Shown piece after piece: positions 9,624 through 17,919 of a stretch of 64,000 nucleotides of DNA. Every line of letters starts with the position of its first letter. Position 1 is the stretch's first letter. The stretch is taken from the NCBI GenBank assembly GCA_040879385.1, contig JBBDKM010000062.1, positions 4,707-68,706 on the forward strand, given 5' to 3'. The notes below the pieces were generated by a model. That model had not been told where the DNA came from, ran no database searches, and worked only from the letters and a program-made list of their open reading frames with translations. The position numbers and the translations under genes are program-made. Origin of the DNA: Thermoanaerobaculia bacterium (GTDB taxonomy: Bacteria > Acidobacteriota > Thermoanaerobaculia > UBA5066 > Gp7-AA6).

Positions 9624-10517
9624 CTATCGCTGGAAGATGGGACCCGACGGGCTGTTGGACCCGTGGATCTTGGGGTGGCAGTTCATGCAGGCGCGGCTGA
9701 ACACCCAGGGCTCGTTCGCCTTTGACGGGATCGTCTGATGGCGCCCCTGCATGTGGCACTGCTGGCACAGGCGCGAGGTCTGCGCCACGAGGAGCGACTC
9801 GAAGTTGGAGGAGTGCGGATTGTGGCAGTTCAGACAGTTCTCCTTGACGGGTGAGTGCTCCCAGAGGTGCGGCCCGCGCTTCTCCGCGTGGCACGTGTAG
9901 CAGAGCTCGTTGACGGAATTGCGCCGGACGAGGCTCTCCGTCACGCTGCCGTGCGGGTTGTGGCAGCTCGCGCAGTCCATCTTTCCCTCGAGGAGCGGAT
10001 GTCGCGAGCGCGCGTTGAGCGCCCGCGCCAGGTTCGTGTGACAGGTCAGGCAGAGCTCCGTGGCCTTGGGCCTGGCCAGCAGCGCCTTGCTCGAGGGTGC
10101 GGCGCCGTGCATCGAGTGACAAGACGTGCAGCCTGCCCGGCCCTCCGCGTGCGCGCTGCCTGCCCAGTGGATCTGTGTTTTGTCCTGACGGTGGCAGCTC
10201 AGGCACTTCTCGGAGGCTTCGAGGGGCTTGAGAGACTTGAACGAAACGATGTTCTCCTTGGTCGGGTTTTCCGCATGTTGCGCGCCCGGCCCGTGGCAGG
10301 ACTCACACTCGGCGCTGTTTTGTTTGTATGGCTTCTTGCCGCCGGTCAAGACGTGTGGGTTCTTCGCGAACCTCTTCCCGACGTCCTCATGACAGGTGAT
10401 GCAGGTTTCGTTTCCCACCGTGTCGCCCGCTTTTTCCTGGCCCTGGGCAGACAGGGCGAGAGGCAACAACAGCAGAACGGCCCCTCCAAGAAGGGTCCCC
10501 AGTGTCCGCCTTGGCAT
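9624..10517 (-). CDS. DmsE/MtrA/MtoA-family periplasmic decaheme cytochrome c
   Basis: 10 CxxCH motifs; HAEKRGP..WEHSPV and IHGSN signatures; AAGGAG RBS before the ATG at 10517. Confidence 0.95.
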   Translation of the reverse strand: MPRRTLGTLLGGAVLLLLPLALSAQGQEKAGDTVGNETCITCHEDVGKRFAKNPHVLTGGKKPYKQNSAECESCHGPGAQHAENPTKENIVSFKSLKPLEASEKCLSCHRQDKTQIHWAGSAHAEGRAGCTSCHSMHGAAPSSKALLARPKATELCLTCHTNLARALNARSRHPLLEGKMDCASCHNPHGSVTESLVRRNSVNELCYTCHAEKRGPHLWEHSPVKENCLNCHNPHSSNFESLLVAQTSRLCQQCHMQGRHQTIPSKANEPWVFSRACMNCHPKIHGSNSPSGPIFQR

Positions 10518-10558
10518 GCCCACTCTCCTTGAGCTTCGAGGTTGACCTGCGGCGATAG

Positions 10559-10631
10559 TCGGCCGAAGCGGGCGAAGTGTCAAGATGCGGCCATGAGCAA
10601 GACGGACACGGCGGGAGCAGAACGGGCCGGG
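10559..10631 (+). pseudogene. Remnant of the VKOR gene start (duplicate of ~12174-12246)
   Basis: gtgtcaagatgcggccATGagcaagacggacacggcgggagcagaacgggccggg versus gtgtcaagatccggccATGagcaagccgggcacggcggaagcggaacgggccggg. Confidence 0.8.
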
Positions 10632-10638
10632 TCCGGTA

Positions 10639-10809
10639 GGTCAGGGCTTGATCGTTTTGCTCCGTTTCGTCTTCTTGAACGTTTTGCGCCGTGCTGCGAC
10701 TCTTTTAGCGCCCTGCATACGGTCGGACCTGATGCGAACGAATCAAATTTGCGGTCTTGTCGCCTGAGTGATTTGCGTCATGCGCGATGGGGAGACGGAC
10801 CGGTAGCCT
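10639..10809. promoter_or_regulatory. Promoter module copy 2; Crp/Fnr-like box 10768-10781, -10-like TAGCCT 10804-10809, 16-bp palindrome 10730-10745
   Basis: Direct repeat of the 6641 module; the box centre lies about 42 bp upstream of the radical SAM ATG. Confidence 0.75.
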
Positions 10810-10816
10810 GTGATCG

Positions 10817-12088
10817 ATGTTTTCTCCCGTCGAGCTCGAGATCGAACTCTTCTGCCGCGGGATGCGGCTGGATGCGAGCTCCACGGTCGACGAAGACGGG
10901 CGGCGGATCTCGAGGACGCGGGCAGGCCTCGGCTCCGGCCTGGAGCTCGTGATTCCCGCTCCGCGCAAGCCTATCTGGGTCAACGTGCCCGTCGTGGAGC
11001 GCTTCGCCGAGACGTCTCCTTTCGAGCTCGTGAAGGGGCCGGCGGGCTACGAGGTCGTCGACGAACGAACGAGGGAGGCCTACCCCGTCGCCATTCCCGC
11101 GGAGCCGGGGTGGTACTCGCGCGAAACCTCGTCCGGAATCCCGATGAACCGGATCGGCGTCCTGCAGGGCAACTACCTCGGGGTCTACGTCTCCAACGCC
11201 TGCCTCTACTGGGCCCGGAACCAGGCCTGCAAATTTTGCACGACCGGAAAGAACGTCGGCGTCAACGAACAGGCGCGCAAGAAAGTCGAAGACGTCGTCG
11301 AGGTCGCGCTCGCGGCGCGCGACGAGTCCGGCTCCGTCTTTACGCACCTGAACACGGGCTATCACTACGAGGAGGTCGACCGCCTCGAGCCCATCCACGG
11401 TTTGCGGCAGTGCGAGCCGTTCGTCCGCGCGCTGCGCAGGGAGGTCGGCGGGTTCATCGGCGTCCAGGCGCACGCGGTGCCGCGGCGGAAGTTCTCCGAG
11501 TACGACGCGCTCGTCGACGCCGGGACCGATCACTTTTCCTTCTGCTATGAGTTCGAGGACCCGCAGTGGTTCGAGCGCATCTGCCCCGGCAAAGCCGCCA
11601 CACTCGGCCAGGAGGGCTTCTTCGAGGCGATGGAGTACACGTCGAAACGGCTCGGCCGGGGGAGGGTCTCCGGCGAGATCATCGCCGGCCTCGAGCCGGT
11701 CGAAGCGACGATGCGAGGCGTCGATCGGATCGTCGCGGCGGGGGCGTTTCCCACCGTCTGCATTTTTCGCCCGACGATCGGCAGCGAGCTCGAGAACGCG
11801 CCGCCTCCCGATCCGGGAGCCATGCGCGAAGTCTTCGCCCACCTGTACGAAGCCTGCCGGGACGCCGGGCTTCCGATCGGGATCTTGCCGATCGAAGTCT
11901 CGCTCGTCGTGCAGCCCGAGGAGGCGGCGGATCTTGTCGCCCGGAGCCTCGCCTCGCGCCTTTACGAGTCGAAGCTCTCGGCCCTGCGCAAGGTCGCCCG
12001 GCCGTACGTGGCGTGGAAGTTGATGCCCCGCCCGAGCACGCTCTCGGCCGAGGGTCGCCGCTCCCGGCAAAGAACATCCGCGTCCTGA
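10817..12088 (+). CDS. Radical SAM protein, MSMEG_0568/NitD-like
   Basis: CLYWARNQACKFC (CX8CX2C); RTRAGLGSG, WY..TSSGIP, KKVEDVVEV and GAFPTVCIFRP resemble the MSMEG_0568 family. Confidence 0.8.
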   Translation: MFSPVELEIELFCRGMRLDASSTVDEDGRRISRTRAGLGSGLELVIPAPRKPIWVNVPVVERFAETSPFELVKGPAGYEVVDERTREAYPVAIPAEPGWYSRETSSGIPMNRIGVLQGNYLGVYVSNACLYWARNQACKFCTTGKNVGVNEQARKKVEDVVEVALAARDESGSVFTHLNTGYHYEEVDRLEPIHGLRQCEPFVRALRREVGGFIGVQAHAVPRRKFSEYDALVDAGTDHFSFCYEFEDPQWFERICPGKAATLGQEGFFEAMEYTSKRLGRGRVSGEIIAGLEPVEATMRGVDRIVAAGAFPTVCIFRPTIGSELENAPPPDPGAMREVFAHLYEACRDAGLPIGILPIEVSLVVQPEEAADLVARSLASRLYESKLSALRKVARPYVAWKLMPRPSTLSAEGRRSRQRTSAS

Positions 12089-12206
12089 GTTGGAGGAGAA
12101 GAGGCGCCCCGCTGGGCGGCCTTCCGCAGAAGCGGGCTCGGGCGCGCTTGTTGATCAAACTTGGATTGGCCCGTCGGCCCAACGGGGGTCGTGTCAAGAT
12201 CCGGCC

Positions 12207-13583
12207 ATGAGCAAGCCGGGCACGGCGGAAGCGGAACGGGCCGGGCCCGGCGCCCCGGGAGGCTGGGCGAGGCTGACGGGGCTCGGCGCGTTGTCCGCGC
12301 TGTGGTCGCTCTTCCTTTGGGCCGAGCTCGTCCTGTCGCGTTCGGGCGGGGGCTCCTTCTGTGGCTTTGGCGGTAAGTTCGATTGCACCGGGGCCTGGAA
12401 CAGCGCGCTCGCGTCCACGGTCCATCGGGTCAGCGGGCTGCCCATCGCCGGATGGGGTCTCGTCTGGAGCGTTACGGCGTTCGTTGTGCCCCTGGCAGGA
12501 CTGGCGCGCCTGGCGTCGACCGGGCGGCCCGGGGCGCTGGTGTCGGCCGTTCGCCTGACGGCCGGTGCGGGCCTTCTCGCCGTCGCCGTTCTTCTCGCCG
12601 CGAGCGCGGTCGCCGGCGCGATCTGTGTCGGCTGCATCGCGACCTATCTCATCGTCGGCGCCTACGCGGCGATCGCTCTGCTCGGCTGGCGGCGGGCGGG
12701 GCTGCCCGAGGCCGGCCGCGGCGGGGCGCTCGCGCTCGGCTGCACGGCAGCCGCCTTCGCGCTTCTGCTTTATCCCGGATTGCACACGCCGAAGACGAGC
12801 GGAGAAGCGGGGCGCCGGGCGGTGGCCGAGGCGGCCGGCCTCTCCGGAGAAGCGCCCGTACCGGCTCCGAGTCGCGTCGGGACCGGGGATGAGGCGAAGG
12901 ACAAAGTGCTCGCGGACATGGTCGCCACGCTGGATCCGGGTGGCAAGCAGATCCTCGCCGATTCGCTGGCGATCTATCGCAACTCCCCGGCGGCGATGCT
13001 ACCGGCGGCGCGCGCTCTCGTGGGCTCGCCGATGGCCCCGATCCGGATCACGGAGTTCACCGACATCCTCTGCGAACATTGCGCGGGGCTCTACGAGACG
13101 CTTCAGACCCTTCGCACGCACTCGGCGCCGGGGAGCTTCAGTGTGGACGCCCGGCAGTTCCCGCTCGACGGCCGCTGCAACCCGCAGTTCACGGCGGGCA
13201 AGGGCGACGACGTGCGTTGCGTGGCGGCGTCGGCCCGGATCTGCATGGAGGCCTCGGGCAAGGAGCCCGAGTTCGCCCGGGCGCTCTTTGCGCGGCAGCA
13301 GGGCCTGACCCGGGATGCGGTGTTCGCGATCGCCGCGCCCTTCATGCCCCCCGAGAAGCTCGCGGCCTGCCTCGCCTCGCCTTCGACTCGCGCGGCCCTC
13401 GACCAGGACCTCGCGGCCGCGGCGCAGTTCGATTCGGACGGGACGCCGATCGTCGCCATCAACGGGCGCCGCGGCACGAGCTTCGGCCCGTTCCTCTACG
13501 CGATGATCCTGACCCGCGGAAACCCGGAGCACCGGACCTTCGACGCGCTGCCGGCGGGCGATCCGGGGGCCCACCTGCACTGA
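12207..13583 (+). CDS. Vitamin K epoxide reductase (VKOR)-thioredoxin/DsbA fusion
   Basis: Loop Cys pair FCGFGGKFDC, membrane CVGC, then thioredoxin-fold EFTDILCEHC and GTP motif. Confidence 0.85.
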   Translation: MSKPGTAEAERAGPGAPGGWARLTGLGALSALWSLFLWAELVLSRSGGGSFCGFGGKFDCTGAWNSALASTVHRVSGLPIAGWGLVWSVTAFVVPLAGLARLASTGRPGALVSAVRLTAGAGLLAVAVLLAASAVAGAICVGCIATYLIVGAYAAIALLGWRRAGLPEAGRGGALALGCTAAAFALLLYPGLHTPKTSGEAGRRAVAEAAGLSGEAPVPAPSRVGTGDEAKDKVLADMVATLDPGGKQILADSLAIYRNSPAAMLPAARALVGSPMAPIRITEFTDILCEHCAGLYETLQTLRTHSAPGSFSVDARQFPLDGRCNPQFTAGKGDDVRCVAASARICMEASGKEPEFARALFARQQGLTRDAVFAIAAPFMPPEKLAACLASPSTRAALDQDLAAAAQFDSDGTPIVAINGRRGTSFGPFLYAMILTRGNPEHRTFDALPAGDPGAHLH

Positions 13584-13606
13584 CGCCCCGCGTGCCGGCA
13601 GCGTCC

Positions 13607-13786
13607 ATGACGCAGGTCATGCGCTCGATCGTTCTGCGCCGTTTCGTCGTCTTGAGCGTCTTGCACCGCCTGGACGGATTTCTAGCGCAGCGGCGAGGGC
13701 CCGGAATGAGTCAAACGCATCAATTTCGCGGCATCGCGGTCCTGCTGATCTGCGTCATGCGCGCTCGGGTGGCGGCCCTGTAGTCT
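13607..13786. promoter_or_regulatory. Promoter module copy 3; boxes 13607-13620, 13707-13722, 13745-13758; -10-like TAGTCT 13781-13786
   Basis: Diverged repeat of the 6641 module with the palindromes conserved. Confidence 0.75.
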
Positions 13787-13793
13787 GTGCTCG

Positions 13794-15038
13794 ATGCTTT
13801 CGTCCGTCGAGCTGGAGATCGAGCTGTTCTGTCGCGGGATGCGGGTCGACGAGACCTGCACCCTGGCCGATGACGGACGCCGGATCGCCCGCACACGCGC
13901 CGGACTCGGGTCGGGACTCGAGCTGATCCTGCCTTCGCCGCGGAAACCGATCTGGGTCAATGTTCCCGTGACGGAAGCCTTCGCCGCGGCATCGCCGTTC
14001 CGGCTGGTGAAGGAGGCGGAGGGTTACCGGGTGATCGACGAACGCGCCGGCGACGCGTACTTGGTCGAAGTCCCGGAGGAGCCCGCCTGGTACGGCCGCT
14101 CGACTTCCTCGGGCGTGCCCATGAACCGGATTGGCGTGCTCCAGGGGAACTATCTCGGCGTCTACGTGTCGAATGCCTGTCTCTTCTGGGGCTCCTCCCC
14201 GTCGCGCGCCTGCAAGTTCTGCACGACCGGCAAGAACGTGGGCGTTGCCGAGCAGGCGCGAAAGAAGGTCGAGGATGTCGTCGAGGTCGCGCAGGCGGCG
14301 AAGGAAGAGTCGGGGTCGGTCTTCACGCACCTCAACACGGGCTATCACTTCGAGGAGGTCGACCGGCTCGAGCCGATCCACGGGCTCCGGCAGTGCGAGC
14401 CCTTCGTGCGGGCGCTGCGCGAGCAGGTCGGGGGCTTCATCGGGGTGCAGGCGATGCCCGTGCCGCGCCGCAAATACTCGGAGTACGACGCGCTGATCGA
14501 CGCCGGAACAGACCACTTCTCCTTCTGCTACGAGTTCGAAGATCCGGACTTCTTCGCGCGGCTCTGCCCTGGAAAAGCGGCCACGCTCGGCCAGCGGGGG
14601 TTCTTCGAAGCGATGGAGTACACGGCGAAGAAGCTGGGCCGGGGACGCGTCTCGGGGGAGATCATCGCGGGTCTCGAGCCGATCGAGGCGACCAAGCGCG
14701 GCATCGACCGAATCGTCGCGGCGGGCGCCTTCCCGACAGTCTGCATCTTCCGGCCGACGATCGGCAGCGAGCTCGAAAACGCGCCGCCTCCCGATCCGGG
14801 CGCGATGCGGGAAGTGTTCGCCCACCTCTACGAGGCGTGCCGCGGCGCGGGATTGCCGATCGGCATCCTCCCGATCGAGGTGTCCCTCGTCGTCCAGCCG
14901 GAGGAGGCCGCCGATCTGGTGGTGCCGAGCTTCGGCTCGCTTCTCTACGAAGGCAAGCTCGCCTTGCTGCGGCAGATGGCGCGGCCGTACGTCGCGTGGA
15001 AACGGCGCGCCCGCGGGGCGGCGTCCCGGCCGCGCTGA
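13794..15038 (+). CDS. Radical SAM protein, MSMEG_0568/NitD-like (paralogue)
   Basis: CLFWGSSPSRACKFC (CX10CX2C); highly similar to 10817..12088. Confidence 0.8.
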   Translation: MLSSVELEIELFCRGMRVDETCTLADDGRRIARTRAGLGSGLELILPSPRKPIWVNVPVTEAFAAASPFRLVKEAEGYRVIDERAGDAYLVEVPEEPAWYGRSTSSGVPMNRIGVLQGNYLGVYVSNACLFWGSSPSRACKFCTTGKNVGVAEQARKKVEDVVEVAQAAKEESGSVFTHLNTGYHFEEVDRLEPIHGLRQCEPFVRALREQVGGFIGVQAMPVPRRKYSEYDALIDAGTDHFSFCYEFEDPDFFARLCPGKAATLGQRGFFEAMEYTAKKLGRGRVSGEIIAGLEPIEATKRGIDRIVAAGAFPTVCIFRPTIGSELENAPPPDPGAMREVFAHLYEACRGAGLPIGILPIEVSLVVQPEEAADLVVPSFGSLLYEGKLALLRQMARPYVAWKRRARGAASRPR

Positions 15039-15045
15039 CGGCTTC

Positions 15046-15732
15046 TCAATCCGCGGGCGCGATCCGGGTCAGGGCCGCGGCGTCGCGGATGAGGAAGCCT
15101 TTCGCGTCCGTGTGCACGAGGCCCTCCTTCTCCCAGCGGCTCATCACGCGAATGGCGGTCTCGATCGTCGTTCCGATGAGATCCGCGATCTCCTGCCGCG
15201 AGAGGTGGAGGGGGACGAAGAGGCCGTCCGGGCGCTTCTGGCCGACGCGCTCGCCGAGAGTCGAAAAGAGGCGCGCCACGCGGTACTCGACGGAGCCGGT
15301 CATGTCCGCCAGGCGGCGGTTCAGGGCCATCAGGCGCAGCGTCAGCCCGGCGAGCAGCCTCCGGGTAATCTCGGGCCGCTTCTCGATCAGGCCAAAGAAC
15401 TCGCGCTCGGGAATGGAGACGACACCGCACGGGTCGAGCGCGATCGCGGAGGCGGGGAACGGGCGCCGCTCGAAGACGGCGACGGCGCCGACGGGCTCTC
15501 CGGGTCCGAGGATCTCCAGGATCAGGTCCCGTTCGGGCGTGGCCTTCACGATCTTCACTCGCCCGACGAAAAGGAAGTGGATGAGAAGGGCGGGCTCTCC
15601 CTCTTCGAAGATGTGCGCCCCCTTCTCGTAGGCCTGGAGCTGACAGAGCGGCTCCAGGGCCCCACGCTCCTCGGCCCGGAGCGGAGCGAGGATCGGGATG
15701 GCGTCGAAGGGGATCGGCGGGCGCGCCGGCAC
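15046..15732 (-). CDS. Crp/Fnr-family transcriptional regulator (Dnr/HcpR-like, no FNR Cys cluster)
   Basis: cNMP-binding domain (IFEEGEP, GRVKI, GPGEPVG); HTH LSRQEIADLIGTTIETAIR. Confidence 0.93.
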   Translation of the reverse strand: MPARPPIPFDAIPILAPLRAEERGALEPLCQLQAYEKGAHIFEEGEPALLIHFLFVGRVKIVKATPERDLILEILGPGEPVGAVAVFERRPFPASAIALDPCGVVSIPEREFFGLIEKRPEITRRLLAGLTLRLMALNRRLADMTGSVEYRVARLFSTLGERVGQKRPDGLFVPLHLSRQEIADLIGTTIETAIRVMSRWEKEGLVHTDAKGFLIRDAAALTRIAPAD

Positions 15733-15739
15733 CCGCGGA

Positions 15740-17563
15740 TTATCGCACCGGCAGCGTCGAAGAGAAGGCGGGCGGCGCCGATCGCGAGGCCGCCTTCGGG
15801 GGTGCGGGCCGGGCGCGCATCGTGCGGACCAGGTTGAACATGTAGAGGACCAGGGCGAGCACGACGGGAATTCCCATGTAGGAGCCGACCTGGTACAAGG
15901 CGGGATGGAACGCCGCCGGGTACTGCAAGAGCCGCAGCGCCACCCCGAAGAGCAGGAGCGAGTAGGTCAGGTAGGCCAGGCGGGGCGACCAGAGGGTCTT
16001 GCCCGAGAAGACAGGCAGGATCCGGAAGCTCATCCCGACGATCAGAAGCGTCAGGAACCCGATCGTGAAGACGTGGCGTCCGGCATCCGCCCACCAGAGG
16101 TTCTGAGCGGGCAACCGGGTCGCGCGGGACAGGATCACGGCGGACAGCTCCAGCAGAGACCAGAGGCCGAGGCAGCCGAACGCGAGGCGGATCGCGACCG
16201 TCGGGGCTCCGGGAGTGCGCATCATCGGAAGGGTCGCGCGCCGCCAGAGAAACCCGTTGCCGGCGAGATAGACGGCCGCCGACAGAGCCGCCAGAGCGAG
16301 ACCTCCGTCGCGCAGGGCGAGCGCGCCCCGGTCCGGGAGACCGGGCAGCCAGGAGCCCAGGAACAGGAATACGCCCCCCGCTTGCGCGGCGAGCGCGATC
16401 TCGCTTGTTCCCTTCACGGCAGGCCCCACGCCAAGAAAGAGGGACACGATCCGGTGGCCGAAACCGTAGATCCAGGCGAGGAGAAACCCGTAGAGCGTCG
16501 CGAAATAGAAGGTCTCGTTGAGCGCGGCAGGAAGGACCGTGTCGATGTTCCCGGCGAGCCAGAGCCCCTGGCCGGCCACGAGCGCCATGGCGAGCGCGAA
16601 GTAGACCGTGCCCGCGCGCACGAACCGCAGGAGCGGATCCTTGCGGTCGTATTTTCCTTCCCGCACGGCGGCGAGGAGGCCGAAGACGAACCGGATGAAG
16701 AGAACCGCCGAGGCGGCCTCCATGCCGGCGGACAGCAGCGAGAGCAGGCGCCCGGCCGGATGGAAGCCGAACGGCTGGCTCGCGTTGCGGAGGAGAACCC
16801 CGAGAAACATCAGCCAGAAGCTCGCGCGAACCGCGCGTCCGGGCCGGAAGCCGCCGACCCCCAGTATCCGGGGAAGGGCGTGATAGGCGATTCCCATGAG
16901 GAAGAGCGCCGCGAAACCGAGAACCTGCGTGTGCCCGTGAATCTGGCGGTGGTCGATCGGAACCTCGCCTCCCGCCGCGATGCGCAGGAGGTTGATCATG
17001 CCCATCGTGGCGCCGAGAGTGAGCGTCAGGAAGAGCGACCCCACGATGAAATGCGGCGAAAAGGGGCTGGCCGCCTTCTCGGCGGGAGGGGGAGCGGCGG
17101 CGACGTCATGAATCGCCACCGACCGGACGTCCCGCAGGAACTCCTCCAGCGGCAGCCGGTGCACCGTCGCAAACCACGCCAGCGGCTCGTCGGGCCCGTC
17201 CTCGCCGCCACAGTCGGCGAGGCCGTAGCGCTCGAGCACCGGCCCGGTCGCCGGGAAACGGCGGCGCAGCTCCCGAATCGACATCGTCGGAGGCACGAGG
17301 TTGTGCGCCTCGGCCGCGCCGTACGCCGATTCCAGGTCCTGGATCACGTCGGGAAGCGCGAGGCCCTTGGCCCGGCAGGCGTCTTCGAGAGGATGCTCCC
17401 CGCCGCAGCAGGTATCGAGCCCGTGAGCGGCCAGGGCGGAGCCGAGCTGCGGGTAACGGGCGAGCAGCTCTTTGACCGGAAGCTTCGGATCGAACCGTGT
17501 CGTCGTAATCATTGGCTCTGGAGAGTGGAGCGAATCGCTCGTTTCCGCCATGATGGGGATCAT
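15740..17563 (-). CDS. DUF542/ScdA_N-repeat + NnrS-like polytopic membrane protein
   Basis: GLDTCCGG and GLADCGG small domains, followed by many TM helices with IHGHTQVLGF and DAGRHVFTIGF His motifs; start uncertain. Confidence 0.75.
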   Translation of the reverse strand: MIPIMAETSDSLHSPEPMITTTRFDPKLPVKELLARYPQLGSALAAHGLDTCCGGEHPLEDACRAKGLALPDVIQDLESAYGAAEAHNLVPPTMSIRELRRRFPATGPVLERYGLADCGGEDGPDEPLAWFATVHRLPLEEFLRDVRSVAIHDVAAAPPPAEKAASPFSPHFIVGSLFLTLTLGATMGMINLLRIAAGGEVPIDHRQIHGHTQVLGFAALFLMGIAYHALPRILGVGGFRPGRAVRASFWLMFLGVLLRNASQPFGFHPAGRLLSLLSAGMEAASAVLFIRFVFGLLAAVREGKYDRKDPLLRFVRAGTVYFALAMALVAGQGLWLAGNIDTVLPAALNETFYFATLYGFLLAWIYGFGHRIVSLFLGVGPAVKGTSEIALAAQAGGVFLFLGSWLPGLPDRGALALRDGGLALAALSAAVYLAGNGFLWRRATLPMMRTPGAPTVAIRLAFGCLGLWSLLELSAVILSRATRLPAQNLWWADAGRHVFTIGFLTLLIVGMSFRILPVFSGKTLWSPRLAYLTYSLLLFGVALRLLQYPAAFHPALYQVGSYMGIPVVLALVLYMFNLVRTMRARPAPPKAASRSAPPAFSSTLPVR

Positions 17564-17618
17564 ATGGAGGGCATCCGGGCGGGCAGGGCATTGACCGACT
17601 CGTCTATTCTTCCGTAGG

Positions 17619-17775
17619 TTGAAAAGAGTGGATCGATGCCCAGAGCTTCGGAACCTCGTTCTCGGGACCGTCTCGTTCGCTCTGTGCTTTGCGGCGTGGG
17701 GATCGATTGGCGCATTCGCGCCCCGCTTCCGTCAAGCCTCCCAGCTCTCTGCGACCGAGACGGCCCTGCTCGTCC
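17619..17775 (+). pseudogene. narK: N-terminal remnant of a NarK-type nitrate/nitrite MFS transporter
   Basis: NLVLGTVSFALCFAAWGSIGAFAPRFRQASQLSATETALLV resembles NarK TM1 to TM2, then similarity stops. Confidence 0.65.
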
Positions 17776-17919
17776 GGGCGAGGTCACGCTCGATGATGCG
17801 GCGGGAGGAGAGGACCGTTGGCGCCCTCGGCGCTCTTTTGATATCCGCCCCGTGAAGGCATCCGTCCAGCCGCGCCTCGCAGTGCGGGCGGCGCCGCGCA
17901 AGGGACCTCGGCCCGGTCG

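Noticed and set aside
6798-9725. 975-aa ORF that looks like a radical SAM fusion
   Set aside because: It is the rSAM pseudogene with a lost stop codon reading through the antisense strand of the porin gene.
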